DNA of 64,000 nucleotides from Chitinophagales bacterium (GTDB lineage Bacteria > Bacteroidota > Bacteroidia > Chitinophagales > Chitinophagaceae), in the NCBI GenBank assembly GCA_038247635.1, contig JBBRUR010000005.1, positions 6,723 through 70,722 of the forward strand. Direction: 5' to 3'. The position numbers and the translations under genes are program-made. The notes below the pieces were generated by a model. The model was not told the origin of the DNA. It was given only the letters and a program-made list of their open reading frames with translations, and made no database searches. How positions within the stretch are numbered: the stretch's first letter is position 1; every line of letters begins with the position of its first letter. This document shows, in pieces, positions 28,124 to 36,476 of the stretch.

Positions 28124-28675
28124 CTATTTGGCTTTATTGGCCATTGTGTCAAAAAAACCGGTCAGGTCGCTAAACAAATTGCTAAATACAGGTAGCAGTT
28201 TCCCCATACCATTTAATACCGTTGGCCCCCACGGTACCACAAAGCCATAGGCCTTTGACTCCCCGGCAAGCACAGGCGTAATTACTTGAAGCTTTGTGGC
28301 ATAATACAATACTACACTATAAACTATGGTATATATTATTGCATAAAGCAAAATGCCACCAACCGCATCGACCCAACCAAGCATTGCTATTTTGGCCGTT
28401 TGTTTTAGTAAACCGGCCAACCATTTAATTAATAACGCTACCCCTACAAAAACAATTAAGAACGATACAAATGGCAACCATTTGCCTGCCATATGCAACG
28501 AATTTTGATAATAATCACTTACCCACCACGATAACTTTAGTGCCGCCGCTAAACCAACAACAAATGCGGCAAGCGAAAAAACAGCTACAATCAGCCCCTT
28601 ATTGTAGCCTTTAAAAAGCGCCATTGCCAACAACACCAAATAAATAACATCAATAATCATACAAGGCAGCGACAT
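28124..28675 (-). CDS. cvpA: CvpA-family membrane protein
   Basis: Four TM segments. The N-terminus IIDVIYLVLLAMALFKGYNKGLI is CvpA-like. The alternative start ATG 28660 (MIIDV...) may be the true one. Confidence 0.75.
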   Translation of the reverse strand: MSLPCMIIDVIYLVLLAMALFKGYNKGLIVAVFSLAAFVVGLAAALKLSWWVSDYYQNSLHMAGKWLPFVSFLIVFVGVALLIKWLAGLLKQTAKIAMLGWVDAVGGILLYAIIYTIVYSVVLYYATKLQVITPVLAGESKAYGFVVPWGPTVLNGMGKLLPVFSNLFSDLTGFFDTMANKAK

Positions 28676-28678
28676 TAG

Positions 28679-29131
28679 CTATCGGGCTAATAAATCTTTT
28701 ACAGTTGCCGAAATTGTTTTTCCATCTGCCTTGCCGGCCAGTTCCTTTGTTGCGGCTCCCATTACTTTTCCCATATCGGCAGCAGTGGTTGCGCCCACAT
28801 TAGCAATAATAGTTTGCAACACAGCTTTTAATTCACTGGCTGTCATTTGAGCGGGCAAAAACTTTTCAATTACTGTTATCTCTTCCTCTTCTTTTACGGC
28901 AAGGTCGGCGCGGCTTTGCTTATTAAAAATTTCAAGGCTATCCTTCCGCTGTTTCACCAGCTTTTGAAGCATTTTCACTTCTTCATCTTCGGTAATTGCC
29001 CCATTGGCTCCTTCGGCTGTTTTAGCAATAATAATAGCGGCTTTAATGGCCCTTAACCCGCGAAGTGCAGCCTCGTTCCTCGCTTTCATGGCATCTTTCA
29101 AGTCTGCCATTACACGTTGTTCCAAACTCAT
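28679..29131 (-). CDS. GatB/YqeY-domain protein
   Basis: A 150-aa helical protein: LKDAMKARNEAALRGLRAIKAAI..., ...GKVMGAATKELAGKADGKTISATVKDLL. Confidence 0.85.
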   Translation of the reverse strand: MSLEQRVMADLKDAMKARNEAALRGLRAIKAAIIIAKTAEGANGAITEDEEVKMLQKLVKQRKDSLEIFNKQSRADLAVKEEEEITVIEKFLPAQMTASELKAVLQTIIANVGATTAADMGKVMGAATKELAGKADGKTISATVKDLLAR

Positions 29132-29220
29132 ATATGTGTTTCAATTGTTAACTGATTATTCTTTATCACTATTTATTGCTTAATCATAATACGGCAAAAA
29201 ACCCGCAGCATTACAATACA

Positions 29221-29571
29221 TTACTTTAACTTATTCGTTTTCATTTGCGATTCTCTAAATTTTGCATAAAACGTTTTGGCAAAACTTTTTAAATCATCCA
29301 CCAGTTCCGTTTGCCGGGTTGCACGGTTAAACGTATCAGCCATGGTCATCATTGTCTGATAGTAAAAATCAGCCATCTCATCAACCATCATTTCTTTTGT
29401 CCACAAGTCAATACGCAGGGCCGATTTGTCAGCACCATCCCAAAACGATACCATCATAGCTTTTGCCTTTTGTGCCTGGTCATCTGCCTTATCACTGGCC
29501 TTCCATGAAATTTGCTGTGGTACCTTATCCGGATCCAAAAGCACATCAATTGTAATGGTGGATGTTTGCAT
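29221..29571 (-). CDS. gldC: gliding motility protein GldC
   Basis: Close match to my memory of GldC: DKVPQQISWKASD...ALRIDLWTKEMMVDEMADFYYQTMMTMADTFNRAT. Confidence 0.9.
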   Translation of the reverse strand: MQTSTITIDVLLDPDKVPQQISWKASDKADDQAQKAKAMMVSFWDGADKSALRIDLWTKEMMVDEMADFYYQTMMTMADTFNRATRQTELVDDLKSFAKTFYAKFRESQMKTNKLK

Positions 29572-29629
29572 CGTTGAGTATTTTTTTTGTTAATAATATT
29601 CAAATAAAAAGATAGTAAAAATACGCCAC

Positions 29630-30757
29630 TTATTTGTAAACAGCTTGTTGTATAGCCTCCCACAACAATTCGCTGGTTTTTTGCCAACTGTAAATCGCTG
29701 CGTTTTGCAGCCCCTGTGCCACCAGTTTTTGCCTCAGTCCTTCATCTTTATAAATGGTTTTCATCTTATCGGCTATATCTACAGGGTCATCCGCATTTAC
29801 CAATAAAGCTGCCCCACCAGCTACCTCCGGCATACTGCTGGCGTTACCTGTTATTACCGGAACCCCGCATTGCATTGCCTCTATTATCGGCACTCCAAAC
29901 CCCTCAAAGTAACTTGGGTATACCAGCGCATATGCAGCGCCTATCAATTCCGGCAATGTATTGGCTGGTATGTAGCCCATCAGCAAAACATCGGCCTTAA
30001 ACTTATAGGTTTTTAGTTTTTCAATTACCATATCAGGGTCGGGCTGTAGCCTGCCTGCCACTAATAATTTCATGTTGGATTGCTGGCGCTTTTTAAACTG
30101 GCTAAAGGCTTTTAAAACATTCATAAAATTTTTTCGCAGTTGTAATCCACCAACAAAAACAAAATATTCGCAACCGTCAGCATATTTTTCCTTTGCTTCC
30201 TCCCTTTGTTGCCAATCAAGCGGCTTAAACGCCTGTTTGGCAGCGCTGTGCACAACCAACACCTTTTTTTCATTCACCCCGTATTTTTCAATAATGTTTT
30301 GTTTTGAAAAAAAAGAAACCGTTGCCACCACTTTTGCCTTTTTCAAAAACATAGGGGTATAGCGCCGGTAAAAAAGCAGGTGCAGCTTATGTATAAAGCG
30401 GGGAAAGTATAAAAAAGCAAGGTCATGCACCACCACCACCTGTGGCACGCTGGTTGTAAGGCTGCAAAATCCATCGGAACTTATAAATACATCAATTTTA
30501 AGTCTTCGCAGGGCAAGTGGCAATTTTACATCGAACCACCATTTAAACAACACATAATGCCTTGCACGGGGGCCAATTACTACCGGTTTTACATTACTAA
30601 AAACCGGAAGGCCGGGGTCGTAAGGCCGGTCAAATAAAAAGAAAAACGTGTGCTCAGGATGATCGGTGGCAAGCCTTGTAAATATTTCGTACACAAAATT
30701 GCCATAGCCTTCCATTTGGCCCGGAAGCAAAAACCTTGTATTTACACCTATGCGCAT
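29630..30757 (-). CDS. glycosyltransferase family 4 (GT-B, GT1/GT4 type)
   Basis: ORF trimmed to ATG 30757 (MRIGVNTRFLLPG...). The C-terminal EX7E-like region is PSYFEGFGVPIIEAMQCGVPVI. Confidence 0.8.
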   Translation of the reverse strand: MRIGVNTRFLLPGQMEGYGNFVYEIFTRLATDHPEHTFFFLFDRPYDPGLPVFSNVKPVVIGPRARHYVLFKWWFDVKLPLALRRLKIDVFISSDGFCSLTTSVPQVVVVHDLAFLYFPRFIHKLHLLFYRRYTPMFLKKAKVVATVSFFSKQNIIEKYGVNEKKVLVVHSAAKQAFKPLDWQQREEAKEKYADGCEYFVFVGGLQLRKNFMNVLKAFSQFKKRQQSNMKLLVAGRLQPDPDMVIEKLKTYKFKADVLLMGYIPANTLPELIGAAYALVYPSYFEGFGVPIIEAMQCGVPVITGNASSMPEVAGGAALLVNADDPVDIADKMKTIYKDEGLRQKLVAQGLQNAAIYSWQKTSELLWEAIQQAVYK

Positions 30758-31096
30758 ATTACCCGCAAATGTAATTACAGAACCCGCTACGCCAACCCAA
30801 GGCCACTGTTGTGTAAAGTTTATATCCTTATAATGGGAAAAATCGCCAACTGGGTCCATTTTCACTTTTACCAACCAAACGAAAATAACTACCTTCCAAA
30901 AAATGTACCAGTCACTAATAACGAAATATTGCTGACTGCGTTTTACGTTACCAGTAATTATAGCTGCGAACGCAAATCCACTTTTTTACAAAAAAACACG
31001 GCCTGTACAAAAAATGCAAATTAAATAACACGCAGGTATAATATTAGCCCTTAAAGCAAAAGCTTTACTACATTTGCCACTTACATAATTTAATAC

Positions 31097-31894
31097 ATGG
31101 AATACAACACAGACCGCAACCATTTAACTATGAAGGAATATGGAAGGCATATTCAACGAATGGTAGAACATGTGCTTACTATAGAAGAGAGGGACAGGCG
31201 CCAGCAACAGGCACAGGTGGTGATAGAATTAATGGGCTTTTTAAACCCTCACCTTAAAAACGTAGAAGACTTTAAACACCTTTTATGGGATCATTTATTT
31301 TTTGTGAGCGATTTTAAGCTTGATGTTGATTGCCCCTACCCCATCCCCACCCGCGAAACTTATAAGGTTAGACCCGACCCGTTACCTTACCCCAAGCGTA
31401 AACCAAAATATAGCCACCTGGGCAAAAACCTTGAGCTTGTTATAGATAAAGCATTAAAAGAAGAAAACCCTGAGAAAAAAGTAGGTTTTGCAAATGCCAT
31501 AGCCTATTACATGAAGCTATCGTATAGCAACTGGCATAAGGAGTTGGTACATGACGACGGCATAAGGCAGGAATTAAATATTATTACCGATGGCCAGTTG
31601 GAATTTGATAGTACTCCATTTGTAAAACACTATCGCAGCGCCGAAGGCCGCGAAACCCGCGGTGGAAACTTTAGCGAAAACCGGTTTAAACGCAATGGTA
31701 ATGTGGGTGGTGCAGGTTCATTTCAGCGCAACAACCGCGATGGTGGTGGCGGTAGTGGTGGCCTTGGCCGTAATGCAAGCCCGGGAGGCCTGGGTGGCCG
31801 AAACGAACCAAGAGACAACCGCAATAATGGAAACAACAGCAGCGGCGGTAATCGTAACAATAAATTTGGTGGTAAGAAAAACAGATTTTTGTGA
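31097..31894 (+). CDS. DUF4290-domain protein with G/N/R-rich tail
   Basis: N-terminus MEYNTDRNHLTMKEYGRHIQRMVEHVLTIEERDRR...FKHLLWDHLFFVSDFKLDVDCPYP is the DUF4290 pattern found upstream of murA in Bacteroidota. The last ~85 aa are low complexity. Confidence 0.85.
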   Translation: MEYNTDRNHLTMKEYGRHIQRMVEHVLTIEERDRRQQQAQVVIELMGFLNPHLKNVEDFKHLLWDHLFFVSDFKLDVDCPYPIPTRETYKVRPDPLPYPKRKPKYSHLGKNLELVIDKALKEENPEKKVGFANAIAYYMKLSYSNWHKELVHDDGIRQELNIITDGQLEFDSTPFVKHYRSAEGRETRGGNFSENRFKRNGNVGGAGSFQRNNRDGGGGSGGLGRNASPGGLGGRNEPRDNRNNGNNSSGGNRNNKFGGKKNRFL

Positions 31895-33198
31895 GCAGTT
31901 TTGAAGTAACCGGTGGAAATAGGTTACATGGAGAAATAACACCTCAGGGGGCGAAAAATGAAGCGCTGCAAATTATTTCGGCCGTACTGCTAACATCCAA
32001 AAAAGTTACTATTACCAACATCCCCGATATTATAGATGTTAACCTTCAAATAGAATTATTGGCCGAATTGGGTGTTAAAGTTGATCGCGTTGACCGACAC
32101 ACCTGCATTTTTCAGGCCGACGATGTAAACGTTGACCATTTAAGCTCCGACGAATTCAGGCTTAAAAGTGGCCGGTTGCGCGGCTCGGTTATGCTGGCCG
32201 GCCCTATGCTGGCCAGGTTTAAAAAAGCCTACATTCCCAAACCTGGTGGCGATAAAATTGGCCGCCGTAAGTTGGATACCCACATTATCGGTTTTCAAAA
32301 ACTGGGTGGCACCTTTCAGTTTAACGACGAAAAGCACTATTATGAGTTAATTGGCAATGAACTAACCGGCACTTACCTGCTGTTAGATGAGCCCTCAGTT
32401 ACCGGAACAGCCAACATAGTATTGGCCGCAGTAATGGCCAACGGTAACACCACCATTTACAATGCAGCCTGCGAGCCTTATATACAACAGCTATGTGGCA
32501 TGCTAAACCGCATGGGGGCAAAAATTAGCGGCATTGCCAGTAATTTATTAACCATTGAAGGCGTAACCGAACTAAACGGTACCGAACACCGCATGCTGCC
32601 CGACATGATTGAAGTAGGCAGTTTTATTGGATTGGCAGCCATGACCCAAAGCGAGCTGACCATTAAAAATGTAGGATTGGTACACCTGGGTATTATACCC
32701 GAAAAGTTTGCGCAACTGGGCATTAAAATAGAATTTAGAGGCGATGATATTTACATTCCCCAACAAGACAAATACGAGATACAAACCTTTATGGACGGCT
32801 CGGTACTTACTATACAGGACCACCCCTGGCCGGGCTTTACCCCCGACCTGCTGAGTATTGTTTTAGTGGTAGCCACGCAAGCCGTTGGCAGTGTACTTAT
32901 ACACCAAAAAATGTTTGAAAGCCGCTTGTTTTTTGTAGATAAAATTATGGAAATGGGAGCTCAGATTATTTTATGCGATCCCCACCGGGCCACCGTAATT
33001 GGGCTTGGCCGCAAACAAATGTTACGTGGCATAAACATGAGCAGCCCCGACATTAGGGCCGGCGTTGCGCTGCTAATAGCGGCCCTTAGTGCCAAGGGCA
33101 AAAGCACCATCCAAAACATTGAGCAAATTGACCGCGGCTATCAATACATTGATACAAGGTTAAACGCACTTGGCGCTTCTATTATAAGAAAGGCCTGA
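31891..33198 (+). CDS. murA: UDP-N-acetylglucosamine 1-carboxyvinyltransferase
   Basis: GTG start overlapping the upstream TGA (GTGA). Motifs GAKNEALQIISAVLL, PGGDKIGRRKLDTH and IDRGYQYIDTRLNALGA. Confidence 0.95.
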   Translation: MSSFEVTGGNRLHGEITPQGAKNEALQIISAVLLTSKKVTITNIPDIIDVNLQIELLAELGVKVDRVDRHTCIFQADDVNVDHLSSDEFRLKSGRLRGSVMLAGPMLARFKKAYIPKPGGDKIGRRKLDTHIIGFQKLGGTFQFNDEKHYYELIGNELTGTYLLLDEPSVTGTANIVLAAVMANGNTTIYNAACEPYIQQLCGMLNRMGAKISGIASNLLTIEGVTELNGTEHRMLPDMIEVGSFIGLAAMTQSELTIKNVGLVHLGIIPEKFAQLGIKIEFRGDDIYIPQQDKYEIQTFMDGSVLTIQDHPWPGFTPDLLSIVLVVATQAVGSVLIHQKMFESRLFFVDKIMEMGAQIILCDPHRATVIGLGRKQMLRGINMSSPDIRAGVALLIAALSAKGKSTIQNIEQIDRGYQYIDTRLNALGASIIRKA

Positions 33199-33328
33199 GT
33201 AATATTTTTTTTGTGGAACCAGCTTTGGTACTACTATGTTGCCCCGGTTGTGTCACTCACTTTTACGGCAACAATTCTATTCAACAAACAAAAAAAAGCC
33301 AAAAATTTTTTCGCCTGGTGTACCTGCA

Positions 33329-34234
33329 TCAGGCGTTTCTTTTTTCTACCAACTCATAATGCACCGCGTGGTCGGCAGGCTCAATAGGCATGTTAACCAG
33401 TATGCCATAAACCTTGGTAAAACAAGCCCCATAGTATAAAATAAACGACGAGTAAAATACAAACAACAACTGTATAACTATAGAGGCAGACGGGCCAAAT
33501 ACAGATTGTATATCACCCAGCGTAAGCAACTTTTTAATAATTACTTTACCAATGCTAAACAAAATACCGGTAAAAAACCCACCGGCAATAACCACCTTCC
33601 ATTGCGGCCTTGCATCGGGCAACACCTTAAATAAAATACTAAACCACGTAGTTACCACCGCGGTTGATATTAACAGGCTTATAATTGCATATAAACTATT
33701 ACCTGCCCATGGTAATAAATCGGTAAGGTAACGGCCCAGCAACGCCTGCATGCCCTCGCTTACCATGCCCGCCACAAATAATAAACCAGCCAATACAATT
33801 ACCACCATCGATACAAGCCTTTTTTCCATACTTACCCGCAATTTTTTACGGGTATCCAGCTTAATGTTCCATAACTGGTTAAGCGAGTCCTTAATAATTT
33901 TAAATAAAGTGGTAGCCACAAACATTAAAAAAATAACGCCGCTAACGGTAATAAACCGGTTGCGGGCCTGTGCCTTAAACCCCTTATAAGTTTGCCGCAC
34001 CTGCTCCGTACTTTCCTGCCCAAGCGAGTTGCCCAGTTGCAAAAAAAACCGGTCGTTAAAGTTGTCAATCGAAAATACCGACCCAAAAAGCTGAATAAGT
34101 ATTATTAAAATAGGGGGAAGTGCAAACGCGGTAAAAAACGCAGTAGCAGCAGCCAACCTAAGTGGATCGTTCCTTTTAAGTTCTTTATAGGCATCAACCA
34201 AAAGCCTTAAAAAAGTGCGTACCTGTTTAATCAT
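33329..34234 (-). CDS. YihY/BrkB-family membrane protein
   Basis: Six predicted TM segments. N-terminal pattern LRLAAATAFFTAFALPPILIILIQLFG. Confidence 0.8.
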   Translation of the reverse strand: MIKQVRTFLRLLVDAYKELKRNDPLRLAAATAFFTAFALPPILIILIQLFGSVFSIDNFNDRFFLQLGNSLGQESTEQVRQTYKGFKAQARNRFITVSGVIFLMFVATTLFKIIKDSLNQLWNIKLDTRKKLRVSMEKRLVSMVVIVLAGLLFVAGMVSEGMQALLGRYLTDLLPWAGNSLYAIISLLISTAVVTTWFSILFKVLPDARPQWKVVIAGGFFTGILFSIGKVIIKKLLTLGDIQSVFGPSASIVIQLLFVFYSSFILYYGACFTKVYGILVNMPIEPADHAVHYELVEKRNA

Positions 34235-34393
34235 TTTATTGAAATAATTATGTTATTGGTTTTGGCCAAAAATACAACGGTCAAAATAACCTCGGCTTAA
34301 ATTAGGTGGAAACGGCCCACCGGCGGTTTATAAAGACAAACAGATCTTTCAAAAAAAATAAATTAAAAATTACATGTACCTACATACATTTGT

Positions 34394-34843
34394 ATGGTGA
34401 AGTTAGAAGAAGCTATAAAAAGTGAAAAATTTGAGTCACCCACCCATAAGGCAATGCTAAATGTATTGTATTGCGCATGGTGGCTTAAAACCATCATAAG
34501 CAGTCAGTTAAAACCCTTTGGTATAACTCACGAGCAGTACAATGTGCTTCGCATTTTAAAAGGAAAACACCCCCTGCAGATGTGCGTACGCGATATTGGC
34601 TGCCGAATGATAGAAAAAAGCTCGAATGTGCCACGCATAATAGACAGGTTAGAGGCAAAAAAATTGGCTGCAAGGTCGGTATCGTTGGTAGATAAAAGGG
34701 AAACCAATATTACCATTACCAACGCCGGGCTGGGTCTTTTGCTGGAAGTAGCTGGCAAAATAAATGTTTTAGAAGGTGATGCACCATTTAGTAACGACGA
34801 TGCATTGGCCCTAAATCATCTTTTAGAAAAAATGAGGCGTTGA
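34394..34843 (+). CDS. MarR-family transcriptional regulator
   Basis: Winged-helix pattern GITHEQYNVLRILKGKHPLQMCVRDIGCRMIEKSSNVPRIIDRLEAKKLAARSVSLVDKRETNITIT. Confidence 0.8.
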   Translation: MVKLEEAIKSEKFESPTHKAMLNVLYCAWWLKTIISSQLKPFGITHEQYNVLRILKGKHPLQMCVRDIGCRMIEKSSNVPRIIDRLEAKKLAARSVSLVDKRETNITITNAGLGLLLEVAGKINVLEGDAPFSNDDALALNHLLEKMRR

Positions 34844-34932
34844 CTTTTTTTACGCTAATACAATTAAATACAGATATTAAACTCACTACTTATTCTATAC
34901 TTTAATCAATAATTTATTTTAAAACTACCACA

Positions 34933-35460
34933 ATGGCAAATTACAAAATCGATTTATCGCATTCTGACATCAACTTCAAGGTAAAACACCTGATGATTTC
35001 TACCGTAACCGGCAAATTTAGAAAATTTGATGCATCGATGGAAGCAACGGCTGACGACCTAAGCGATGCAACCATTTCCTTTGAAGCAGAAACCGCAACT
35101 GTAAACACCGGCAGTGAGCAAAGAGATAACCACTTAAAATCGGAGGAGTTTTTTGCTTCAGAAAAATATCCGAAAATGAGCTTTGTATCGTTGTCGTTTA
35201 TTAAAGTAAGCACCGATGAGTATGTAATTGCAGGCAACCTTACCATTAAAGACGTAACTAAACCAATTAAACTAAAGGTTGACTTTAATGGCGAAATAAT
35301 TGACTTTTACGGACAGCACAAACTGGGTTTTGAACTAAACGGAAAAATAAACCGGAAAGATTTTGGACTAACCTGGAGTGCTGTTACCGAAGCCGGTGGA
35401 ATTGTTTTAGGCGACGATGTAAAACTGAACCTTAATATTCAAATGATAAAACAGGGGTAG
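34933..35460 (+). CDS. YceI-family protein
   Basis: YKIDLSHSDINFKVKHLMISTVTGKF..F.A....RDNHLKS.EFF....YP...F is the YceI lipocalin-like signature. Confidence 0.9.
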   Translation: MANYKIDLSHSDINFKVKHLMISTVTGKFRKFDASMEATADDLSDATISFEAETATVNTGSEQRDNHLKSEEFFASEKYPKMSFVSLSFIKVSTDEYVIAGNLTIKDVTKPIKLKVDFNGEIIDFYGQHKLGFELNGKINRKDFGLTWSAVTEAGGIVLGDDVKLNLNIQMIKQG

Positions 35461-35576
35461 CAGGGCCTTGTAATTTATAACTTTTGTGCAATGACTATCA
35501 ATTAATTAAAAGTAATATTTTTTGTAACCGTTAATGCCACCTGCACTTTGCTCAATAGTAAACAAAACGTATGGGA

Positions 35577-35611
35577 GTGCAACCTCCGGGGTCATAATGG
35601 CAAGTTGCCAC
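35577..35611 (-). repeat. hairpin element, degenerate inverted copy C
   Basis: The reverse complement GTGGCAACTTGCCATTATGACCCCGGAGGTTGCAC matches copy B at 26/35 positions. The stem complementarity is lost. Confidence 0.45.
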
Positions 35612-35694
35612 TAAAGGTTCATTTAAGCAACCCTGGTAGGCCATTAAAAAATTTTTTAAATAACGGATAGTTACTTTTTTTATTTTGTACAAGG

Positions 35695-35719
35695 CGGCAG
35701 GTAATACCTGCCGTTTTTT
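35695..35719 (+). terminator. intrinsic terminator, about 235 nt downstream of the yceI-like stop
   Basis: CGGCAGG-taata-CCTGCCG followed by TTTTT. Confidence 0.7.
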
Positions 35720-35877
35720 ATGTCGTTAATATACCTGGCTTATAAATTTGTTGTTGCTTAAACAATAGTTACCAGTTGCTGTTTAACAAGGGTCGCCAAC
35801 AGCAATTTGCAAAAGGCCACGCAAAAATTAATTTATTACTCAATAACAAACCTTAGCACCAAAATCATTAATTCCAA

Positions 35878-36426
35878 ATGAATATAGAAATTGTAGCCAG
35901 CAGCCCACGAAAGGAAAGCGTAACGTTTAGAGAAGCGTTGTTTTTAAAAAATTACCTGGCTACCAAAAGCACCCACAAAACGGATATTATTGATGTAAGG
36001 GACTGGAATTTTCCTGCCTTGCAGCAGTCAGTATTTTCAAGTGTAGAAAAAACGCCTGACGATCTAAAACCATTGACCGAACGAATTTTTTCGGCCGATG
36101 CTTTTATTATTGTAACCCCCGAATATAATGGCAGTTACACACCGGCCATGAAAAATATGTTTGACCATTACCCAAAACAAATGCACAAGGCGTTTGGTAT
36201 AGTAACTGCATCGCCAGGGGCATTGGGCGGTATCAGGGCAAGTCAGCAGTTACAATTAATGATCAACGCTTTGTTTGGTATTGCATCGCCGGTAATGCTG
36301 GTAACGCCCCATATCGAAAAAAAATTTACTGCCGGAGGTGAGTTACTGGATGGTGCTTTTGAAAACCAGGTACACAATTTTGTTACCGAATTTTTATGGC
36401 TGGCCGAGCGGCTAAAGCACAATTAA
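35878..36426 (+). CDS. NADPH-dependent FMN reductase
   Basis: Flavodoxin-like fold: SSPRKESVT...ADAFIIVTPEYNGSYTPAMKNMFD. Confidence 0.85.
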   Translation: MNIEIVASSPRKESVTFREALFLKNYLATKSTHKTDIIDVRDWNFPALQQSVFSSVEKTPDDLKPLTERIFSADAFIIVTPEYNGSYTPAMKNMFDHYPKQMHKAFGIVTASPGALGGIRASQQLQLMINALFGIASPVMLVTPHIEKKFTAGGELLDGAFENQVHNFVTEFLWLAERLKHN

Positions 36427-36476
36427 CCAGGTATTAAATGGCGGAGGTTGTACCTTCGTCATTCTTTTTTACCACT

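Noticed and set aside
31662-31942. ORFs 31662..31904 (+) and 31718..31942 (-) overlapping the DUF4290 tail
   Set aside because: They are alternative-frame or antisense readings of a GGN/AAY-rich low-complexity segment. The DUF4290 and murA frames explain the region.
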